From NCBI GenBank assembly GCA_036630325.1, contig CP142737.1, positions 248,001 to 312,000 on the forward strand: a stretch of 64,000 bases of DNA, given 5' to 3'. The translations under genes were made by a program, and so were the position numbers. The notes under the pieces were generated by a model that did no database searches, was not told where the DNA came from, and was given only the letters and a program-made list of their open reading frames with translations. This DNA comes from Vairimorpha necatrix. Lineage: Eukaryota. Positions 57,001 through 64,000 of the stretch are shown one piece after another; position 1 is the first letter of the stretch, and each line of letters opens with the position of its first letter.

Positions 57001-57870
57001 TCTTCGATCATTTACTTTTAGTAGTTTTGCCGAGATAATTAGAGCTTTCTTTTGCTCATTCTTTTTAAATAATTCTTTTTTATAAGGCTTTGAATCGGGG
57101 CTGACTCTTGTCTCGTTACCCCTGTAGTCTATTTTTCTTTCACTACTTTTATATTCATTTTTATTTTTATATTCATTTTTATTTTTATATTCGTTTTTAT
57201 TTTTATATTGTTTTTTATAGAAGATTCGAATTTTTTTGTTTAATCTTTCTTCTTTTAACTTTATGTATTCCTCTAACTCGTTCCAATCATGACATCTTTC
57301 TATACCATCGCGAAGGTATTCGTCATCTAATAAATCTCTGAGTTTCTCTTTACTTCTTTTAAATAAGGATTCTGATTGTCCAGCGTATATATGTAGGCTG
57401 TAACTGTATGACAGCATATCTGGATGAATTGGGCCTTCCCTGATTAGGTCCCAGAATTTTTCAGTTTTATCTATTTCTGATTCTCTTTTAATAAAATTAC
57501 GTTTAAAATTTTCAACAAATTGCTTATATGTGAGCATCGATTCTTCGTTCGCTCTAAACCATAGTTCGGCTTTTCCCTTAAGCATTGAAGTCGCTTTTGC
57601 ATATAGGGTGCTCTGAGGCCATTGCTTCTCATATTCTAAGAATTGCCCTAAAAATGTCTTTGGATCTTCAGTTTTTAGTCCTTGAAAAGTTATCCACTTT
57701 TCCATTGACATTAAATTTTTTAATTTTAAGAGTATTGAATCCATATTTTCTTCTTTACAAATCTCTTCGTTGTCGCCATTTGTGATCCGGCATGTAGCCT
57801 GATCCGAAGTAGAAGAGGGTGAGTCTAAGTTAACATATTTATTTGAGTTGTTATCTTTTTTGTTGCTCAT
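54034..57870 (-). CDS. Gag-Pol polyprotein (PR-RT-RH-IN)
   Basis: LLDSGA protease, YLDD reverse transcriptase, YTDAS RNase H, HHECGH..CNIC zinc-binding motif, and IDLVGP/SDQG/ERTN integrase, in Gypsy domain order. Confidence 0.96.
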   Translation of the reverse strand: MSNKKDNNSNKYVNLDSPSSTSDQATCRITNGDNEEICKEENMDSILLKLKNLMSMEKWITFQGLKTEDPKTFLGQFLEYEKQWPQSTLYAKATSMLKGKAELWFRANEESMLTYKQFVENFKRNFIKRESEIDKTEKFWDLIREGPIHPDMLSYSYSLHIYAGQSESLFKRSKEKLRDLLDDEYLRDGIERCHDWNELEEYIKLKEERLNKKIRIFYKKQYKNKNEYKNKNEYKNKNEYKSSERKIDYRGNETRVSPDSKPYKKELFKKNEQKKALIISAKLLKVNDRRPRVKLNFEDQVIVALLDSGANASVIRRKEAEELSDEILKEKGEIKGFNGTSRVIGSCKLKIKPNNRSGAETITLLVVNDMEEAIILGIEEIEKLNMIDYIPINQKKVGKKRSIPKKKRIVLNAEVTTKKEDSNPDLNELIKNIKCENTLLRKKYTHTLGKYTKLFSDDNSLNNIEIEHAIELVNGATMSPCPKYKRSPEEHKIIREEVKKFIEKGIIEESESQYISPVVLVKKKDGGIRFCIDFRRLNKITIPYEYPIPRIDETLDQLQGAKIFSTMDVESAYNQISVRQEDRFKTAFYTREGIYQWRKMPFGLINAPFTFQKIMNKYFAKYMHKFVTIYLDDILVYSNDHDSHLQHLETILSIIKKVGLKLNKKKCQFVQESVEFLGFSVCNGEISIPLQQKMRSINWPEPKTKRDVRAFNGYSSFFSKFINNYADKMNPLYDTIKGAKNSKLKMTEEALQAFNNMKKEIANASGLKLPDFRKKFYLYTDASNLALGAVLQQEDEHGELRPIICISRTLSPAEINYTVTEKECLGVVWGVKKLRVYLTQQFIIRTDHQALKWLLNLKEATGRLMRWILTLQEYKYIIEYIPGEENVMADALSRIVMIASNTQEEEKLSADEKVRVILKSHHECGHGGVDATYVLTLREKKWKGMYKDVIETIRRCNICNRHSRGATNLQKIRLPLMNPLDRIGIDLVGPLPKSYNGNRYVVIATDYVTRWCEAEAIKSKSTNVIALFILKKIICQHGPPKEILSDQGAEFTSRLIKTICGMMNCKKSFTSSYNPKCNGLAERTNQTLIGKLAKLVDGRWKQWDEYLPYAIFAYRISPRKQSKRSPYELLYGRLPNSFLEAKIDDNILEDNGLIVERLNEFRKLMINEEKEIRAKEITKVKKGRSPDDIEENDYVRRKKLLTEKENKLDANFDGIYKVIKKGKNGNYEIEGLNGMRYSVNRKDLMKIEESDPIDWILSKEGRVSGCRPALTIRLPVEQ

Positions 57871-58130
57871 CGGAATTGTCGGTTAGGGGTAAATTCCGTT
57901 TAAATAGTTAATTAGATTAACTGTCAAACTCTTTGAGATGTAAACAAACAAACAAGAAACCAAAGTTCTACTAAAGTAGTAGTACTTCATGTGACATGCA
58001 CTTTTCCTACTTTTAGTTTGTGCATGTCAAATGTTCAATGTTTGTTTACACTACTTCGAGATATTTGACAGGTCCAATTATTATTGTTCAACTGGAAGCC
58101 GTATCGTCAGTGCAGGTCTGCAGCCTGACA
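57781..58130 (-). repeat. 5' LTR
   Basis: Direct repeat of 53734-54083; contains CCCC and the gag ATG. Confidence 0.95.
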
Positions 58131-58175
58131 GTCCTTTAAAATATCTTAGTAAAATTAAAAAATTTATTTTGAAAT

Positions 58176-60224
58176 TTATTTTTTATCTTTTAAAAATGTA
58201 TTAATTCCTTTAAGACATGAGTCATAATCATTATGAACTCTCATAAATTCACTAACCCATCCTGACAACTGACTAGATATCCTCTTGTCTTGATATCTAC
58301 TATCTAACATCAATATTATCCCCCAGTCGTCTTTATGACGAATAGCCCGGCCAGCTGCTTGATTCACTGCTCTAAAAGCTTGTGTCTCATACCACCGGCG
58401 ACCATTAAAATGTTTATATTTGTCATTATATTCTTTCTTTAATTCTATCTTCATATCCACAAGACTCGGGTAAGGAATTCCTACGCAAATAACTGCTCGA
58501 GCTGAGGAATCTTTAAAATCAACTCCTTCTGATGCCTTGCCTCTATAAACACAAATCAAGACCACAGGCTTCTTGGCTGTGATTCTGGCGTGATATTTCT
58601 TTAAAACACTCTCGAATTCGCTACTTGAGCCCGCTTTGGGTTCACAGAACAAATTTTCAAGTTTTAATAACTTGATTCTGCCATGAAGATTATCAAGAAA
58701 ACTGTAAGAAGGGACAAACACAAGAGTCCCGCCATGTCCTTCTACTTTTAGAGTCATGTCATAGACTATCTTGGCCACTTGGTCTAAATAGGTCAAACTC
58801 TCTGCTATTTTGTATGTACCAAGAAGATCTTGCTTTAAATGTCCTTTTTTTAGACAACTTATAGACACTTGTTTCTCGGTGATCAAATGAGGCGCGACAA
58901 GCTCATGTGCAAATTTATGACCTAATTCGGAAGAAAAAGACACAAATGGCGACAAAGTACCAGACAAAATAACCAAAGATCTGACTTGTTTAACAAAAGG
59001 AGCAAAAACATAAGCACCGTCTAAAAGCCAAAAATTATAAGAAAAACTAGACCGTCCTTGAAAATCCTTTTCAATTTTAGTAAAAACATAAGAGTAAACA
59101 GCACAATCTGAAAAAAGTAAAGGACTTATTATTGAGTCTAATGTTTCAATAACATGCCACGTACTTAAATTTAATAAATCTTTACCTTCTTCTACTTGAA
59201 ATATCGCAGAAAGTGCATTTTTCACTAATATCATAAATTCACAAGTAATACCTATTTTGATTAATTCTGCTTTGATAGCTTTGCCTTTACGAATTATTGA
59301 TTTGGTATTTTTATTTATCTTGTCAAATGTCGTCATTTTCTCAGCGTTGAGAATTAATTTCCTAAAAAATTCTAGTAAATTCATAAAATCTTTTTTTATA
59401 TCTCCTAAAAAAGATGCTGATTTCACAGCATTTAATAATTCATTGACTACTATGTCTATAATCTTAGAAGTTAATTCTATCGATCCTGATGATCTACATA
59501 CATCATCAATATTATGAGCTTCGTCTATAATAATAATAGAATTATTTAAATCTATATCAGTATTAGACCTTATATTTCTATCTAAAAGATAATTATATGG
59601 TGCAAAAATCAAATCAGCATCTTCTAATAACTTCCTAGATGCATAGTAAGGACATCCGCCACATTTCTTGCCTTCTCTTACAATTTCTTCAATATCAAAA
59701 ATTTTTGCGCCCATTCGTTTTGTCAACCTATCTTTGCCATTAAAAAAATTACAAGCGCCTTGTTTCACTAATTCGGAACAGGCTGTGTTTTTATCGCTGA
59801 CATTTTGTAATTTTGGATGAATACAATATTGGTTTCTACTAGCCAATATGGATATTCTTGGTTTGTATCTTGTTTTATTAAGTTGTTGTACTAGTTGATC
59901 AAGTTGTTTATGTGTTCTCGAACAAATAATAATTCTAAAATCATTTATTGGAGTACTTACATTTGTTTCACTTATTTCTATTTCGCCAGATGTTGTTTTT
60001 TTTGCTGGTATGTCAGTTGGTACAGAATTTCTATTAATATGTTCTCTATAAGCCAATGCAGCACAAATTATACTTAAACTTTTACCAGTACCAGTAGGAC
60101 TTTCTATCATTCCTGTTGTGTGCTCCATCATACATTTTAAAATTTTTTCCATTGCTTGAATTTGAGACTCATATGGTTCATAAGGGAGGTCAATAGATAT
60201 TCCATTAATTTTTACTCTCGCCAT
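58176..60224 (-). CDS. Fe-S DEAH helicase, FANCJ/RTEL1 family (FANCJ-like)
   Basis: ESPTGTGKS, SRTHKQL, Fe-S cysteines with CPYY, IIDEAHN, SGTL, GKASEGVDF, RAVNQAAGRAIRHKDDWG. Confidence 0.9.
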   Translation of the reverse strand: MARVKINGISIDLPYEPYESQIQAMEKILKCMMEHTTGMIESPTGTGKSLSIICAALAYREHINRNSVPTDIPAKKTTSGEIEISETNVSTPINDFRIIICSRTHKQLDQLVQQLNKTRYKPRISILASRNQYCIHPKLQNVSDKNTACSELVKQGACNFFNGKDRLTKRMGAKIFDIEEIVREGKKCGGCPYYASRKLLEDADLIFAPYNYLLDRNIRSNTDIDLNNSIIIIDEAHNIDDVCRSSGSIELTSKIIDIVVNELLNAVKSASFLGDIKKDFMNLLEFFRKLILNAEKMTTFDKINKNTKSIIRKGKAIKAELIKIGITCEFMILVKNALSAIFQVEEGKDLLNLSTWHVIETLDSIISPLLFSDCAVYSYVFTKIEKDFQGRSSFSYNFWLLDGAYVFAPFVKQVRSLVILSGTLSPFVSFSSELGHKFAHELVAPHLITEKQVSISCLKKGHLKQDLLGTYKIAESLTYLDQVAKIVYDMTLKVEGHGGTLVFVPSYSFLDNLHGRIKLLKLENLFCEPKAGSSSEFESVLKKYHARITAKKPVVLICVYRGKASEGVDFKDSSARAVICVGIPYPSLVDMKIELKKEYNDKYKHFNGRRWYETQAFRAVNQAAGRAIRHKDDWGIILMLDSRYQDKRISSQLSGWVSEFMRVHNDYDSCLKGINTFLKDKK

Positions 60225-60309
60225 TAAGGGGAAAAATTGTTTAATTTCAAAGTTATTGATTTTTTTTCAATATTTCATTATTTTTTTTTTCGACCGTTAT
60301 AAATCAATA
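60225..60309. promoter_or_regulatory. 85-bp divergent (bidirectional) promoter
   Basis: Lies between the head-to-head ATGs of the helicase and ERB1; CCCC 3 nt before the helicase ATG. Confidence 0.55.
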
Positions 60310-61653
60310 ATGGATAGAATAGATAAATTTTTGAATAGGAGAAAACAGAGAAATAAAAGAGTAATAAAGTCTAATAATAAGTATTATGAGATAACTAAAG
60401 AAGATATTAAAATGGTAAGAAAATATAAAAAAAATGTTTGTTTGGATTCTACAGTTGATATGTACAGACCGTACAATTTAGAATTTTCTAGAGACACACA
60501 AGAAACTCCTTTAAATTTTGCTGTAAAACCAACCAATAAAAAAAATGAAGAAAAAATTAATAAGAAATTTGTAAAAAAACATGAGTATGTAAAATCTGTT
60601 CCTATTAAGAAAAATGTTATAGGAGATATTTGGGATGAAGATTTAGAAGAATATGAACAAAATCTTGTTTTAGATATTAACGAACAATTTACTGGAAAAT
60701 TGGGAGATTTAAAGATGAATAAAGAAGATTTAGAAAAAGAGCTTAGAACCACATATTTGAGACAATATCTTCCTAGAGAAAAGAAGACGTTTAAGATTAG
60801 TGATATTATAAAAAATAATACGATATCTGAAGATATTAGTACACCAAAAGAAGTTTCTAAATTTTATAACGTAAGTGGTAAAATATTTTTAAGTGAAAAT
60901 AACGAGTGCGTAGCACTCGTTGACAAAAAAAATCTTAAGATTTACGAGTTGAAAAATTTTTACAAAGTTTACGACGGAGAAATGCCTGGTCTTATTTCTA
61001 AAGTTGAATTTGGTGAAACAATTAGAATACTTTTATTATGTGAAACAGAAGGTACTAAAATATGCGAGCTTTGTTTGGAGACTCAAGCCATTAGACCAGT
61101 TTGTGAAAATAATGGCATTGTTAATTTCTCCTGTGACAAATATAATCTATTTATTACAAGCAAATCTGTAAAAATGATGGGGACGAATGAGTCACTGAAA
61201 GTTTCTAAGATTGACAAGCTTACTAATATCAAGACCAAAGATGATCTTATGATAGTCACTACAACTAACTCCCTTAAGATATATAATATAACTACTAAGT
61301 CTCTAATTAGTGATTGTAAGATCTTTTCTTACATTATAGACTTCACTGTTTATCGTAACCTCATATTTTTAATTAATAATTTGAGGAAGATAGTTATTTA
61401 TGATTATGAGAGAAATGTAGTGATTCATACCATGGCCCAAGATTGTGATGTGCTGAAAATATCTTACAACCCTGCTCGTTCCCTTCTGGCAGTGTCTACA
61501 GAAAATGACATATTGATTTTTTATATTAATATTGGCGGAAATCAATTTGCGCTTGTTAATAGAATTAAAGGCAAATACGAAAATATACAATTTGACCAGA
61601 GATTACCTTGGCTTTTTACTAAGAAAGGGGATAGATTATTACTTTACACATAA
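60310..61653 (+). CDS. ERB1: Ribosome biogenesis protein ERB1/BOP1 (reduced)
   Basis: DRIDKFL, ITKEDIKMVRK, DMYRPY, DIWDED and YLRQYLPREKK fit the BOP1 N-terminal domain; C-terminal FDQRLPWLFT..LLLYT fits the last WD repeat. Confidence 0.75.
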   Translation: MDRIDKFLNRRKQRNKRVIKSNNKYYEITKEDIKMVRKYKKNVCLDSTVDMYRPYNLEFSRDTQETPLNFAVKPTNKKNEEKINKKFVKKHEYVKSVPIKKNVIGDIWDEDLEEYEQNLVLDINEQFTGKLGDLKMNKEDLEKELRTTYLRQYLPREKKTFKISDIIKNNTISEDISTPKEVSKFYNVSGKIFLSENNECVALVDKKNLKIYELKNFYKVYDGEMPGLISKVEFGETIRILLLCETEGTKICELCLETQAIRPVCENNGIVNFSCDKYNLFITSKSVKMMGTNESLKVSKIDKLTNIKTKDDLMIVTTTNSLKIYNITTKSLISDCKIFSYIIDFTVYRNLIFLINNLRKIVIYDYERNVVIHTMAQDCDVLKISYNPARSLLAVSTENDILIFYINIGGNQFALVNRIKGKYENIQFDQRLPWLFTKKGDRLLLYT

Positions 61654-62057
61654 TAAAAATTTTTAATATTTAATAAAGGAGAATTGTCTTATTAATTATA
61701 TTATAAAATCATATAGTATTATTCTATTTAGAAGACTATAAAGCATTTAATCTGATGTTTTTAAGTCTCTTGAAAAGTTAAGACTATTGTGAAAAAAACA
61801 CAGTTTGATGGACTGAGTATCTATTAAGGAACAAAGTCTCGTGGAAGGATTTGTGATTATCAAGATGGGCGAGGCTCGAAAACAAAGAGCTGTAATTGCA
61901 TAAGGTTAGTTGCTGTGGTTGTAAGAATTGTGTCATACATATAGGCTTAGTCCGATGATCGGCGAGTAAAAGATTTAATTTAAAGGTTTTTTGAGGGGGA
62001 TCTAATATACTCAGACATTTAGTCCTCGTTACAATTTTTAGCATTAAAAATAAAATC

Positions 62058-62826
62058 AAGTGCTCAGCCTAATGGTCGAAAGATGCTTCCGTTGAGCAAT
62101 GCCCGAGTTCAAATCCCGAAGGTACCAAAATCGCTTCTACTTAATGAGATGAAGTTGGAACAACTTAGACGGCGAAAATGTTTACGATAATCATTAAGTT
62201 GATCCAATAAAACATGTGGGGATACAGATCCAAAGGGATAGTACCTAGTGTAGAAACGCACCTCAAAGCCGAAAACAGTATCACCTTTGTGGTGACTTTA
62301 TGATCCATAAGTATCTGATGGTACGGCTTAGTAAGCCTCATGGCTGGTGCACTCTAGAGTGATTACTAGAGTTAACTAAGAGACTAGACGAAGTGGACAA
62401 TAGAAGATCTTGTGGACCCTATTCTACAAGATTCTTTACAAAGTGGCCGAAACTAATGAGAGAGGCTAGAGGTCAGTGCAGAAATATAAAGATGCCGGGC
62501 TAGTGATGCGGGGTAAGAAGCCGTGTAGACGATGCAGATAATTATGTGCTTCTTGAGTTAGTACGATGATATCTAATTTCGGATTATAGTGAACTATGCC
62601 TGTTAGGTATATCCGCCCAGGGTCACTGACGCGATCTAGGTATTAATGGAAAAGGATGCTTAGAATAAAAATATGATGGATACGGCCGAGCTTGCTGCAT
62701 TGACATGTTATGAGAAAAGAGTTTTGGTGAGTAAGAATTTCACAATGCCAGTTGTATAAAGATCACACCTAATCCTTCTGGTGCCATGTGAGGTTCCCCA
62801 CCCTTTATTTACTAAGAAAAAAAAAA
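62058..62826 (+). mobile_element. tRNA-derived SINE copy 3 (older, diverged)
   Basis: TCAGCCTAATGG / GAGTTCAAATCC head, body colinear with copy 1, A10 tail; no clean TSD. Confidence 0.85.
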
Positions 62827-64000
62827 TTAATTTTATATGAATAAAATTTCTTATTCTAATATTGTCATCGAAGATAAAAACTAATAAAGCAATGAATAGA
62901 ATCTAAGAGGCATTAGATAACTCTAAAAATAATAAAAAATGTCAAGAGCACATTTTAAACCTAATTAATCCAAATTTTAGGTCTCATATATAATATTGAA
63001 CGAACTGGAAAAAAATTATCTAAAAAAAGAACTAGCTGGGGAATTTATATATTAACAAAAATTAATTTGATCTTCAAACAAGCGCGTATGATATCAATAT
63101 GCTTACACTGAAAACTAAATAGTCATAGGCAGACATTTTATTATACCATTTGTTTTTTTAAAATTGTTGTTTGTGGTGCGATACATACATCAACAATTTA
63201 TTCCGCAATTAGATAATATATGCCAAAATAAATTATAAATATTAAATTGAATAAAATTGTTTACTGCCCAGGTTACAATTAAAAATATGATGTAGGAAAA
63301 TTAATTTTGAGTTTATCGTTTTGGCTATAATTAAAAAAAACTCAATTTCTGTTCTTTCATCAATGTCCTCTTTAACAAATCACAGTAGTCCATTATATGT
63401 CTCTTAAGATTCTCTAAGATAATTAAATTATTTTAATATCGAGTGTTATGTGAAAAATTTTAGACTTTAGTCAGATTAATTCTATAACTGGCATTATATC
63501 TTGTAAATATGCAAATATTTGGCACATTTCAAACCTATTCTAAATGAATCCTTTTCTCAATCTTAAATCTTAATATTTAGCAATATCAACACCAGCATAG
63601 AACTAGGTCACGTTTGATAAGAATTATAAGATGATTCCAGTAAAATATTTTTATAGACGACTGTTTTTTAACCTATATTGGGTCTAAGTTGGCCCAATGA
63701 CCGATTATAATCTTTCCTTTTTCGTATAAAATTCGTGTTAAGTCATCCAATAATTCTAAAAATTAGGCTTCATAAGTGACTAATTTCTTATAGTTTATGA
63801 AAAAAAATCAAAAGACGCAATATACCTTCGATTGTTGTTCAATATTTTAGTTGATATTTATTTCTATAACATCGGGACAATTTTCATTTTTTAACAAATA
63901 TTATCTATACTTATCCTACGGGGTTATCTGCAAGTCAATAATACAATCGCTATTATGTACTTTACATTTATTTTCAATAATGATTCAAACGCAAATATAC

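Larger units (their letters stand above)
53734..58130 (-). mobile_element. Intact Ty3/Gypsy LTR retrotransposon (4397 bp)
   Basis: 350-bp TG..CA LTRs; 5-bp TSD GTCCT at 53729-53733 and 58131-58135; PBS-like TGGCGACAAC after the 5' LTR; PPT GAAGGAGGGGAGAG before the 3' LTR. Confidence 0.97.

Overview
Very AT-rich, nearly intron-free eukaryotic DNA. Its short, divergent genes are mostly preceded by CCC/GGG motifs just upstream of the ATG, which points to a microsporidian genome (Nosema/Vairimorpha-like; inference). Housekeeping genes occupy about 1-26 kb and 51-62 kb: condensin Cnd1 (partial), a FYR-domain protein, a homeobox protein, a syntaxin-like protein, a KH protein, MCM4, SPC2, ATR/Mec1, UPF2, RRP12-like, Hsp90, a FANCJ-like helicase and ERB1/BOP1. 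Between them lies a gene-poor, transposon-rich island (about 26-51 kb). It holds five co-oriented Cdc37-like paralogues, only one of which keeps the HPNID kinase-binding motif, plus tRNA-Phe and a frameshift-split, probably secreted protein. Mobile DNA includes tandem non-autonomous Helitrons, a tRNA-derived SINE family (3 copies, one with a 14-bp TSD), R4-like and APE-type LINE relics, and a decayed SPIN/GTF2IRD2-type hAT. There is also an intact, very compact Ty3/Gypsy element with identical LTRs whose single ORF starts and stops inside the LTRs. All family calls come from motif recognition by eye, not from database searches.
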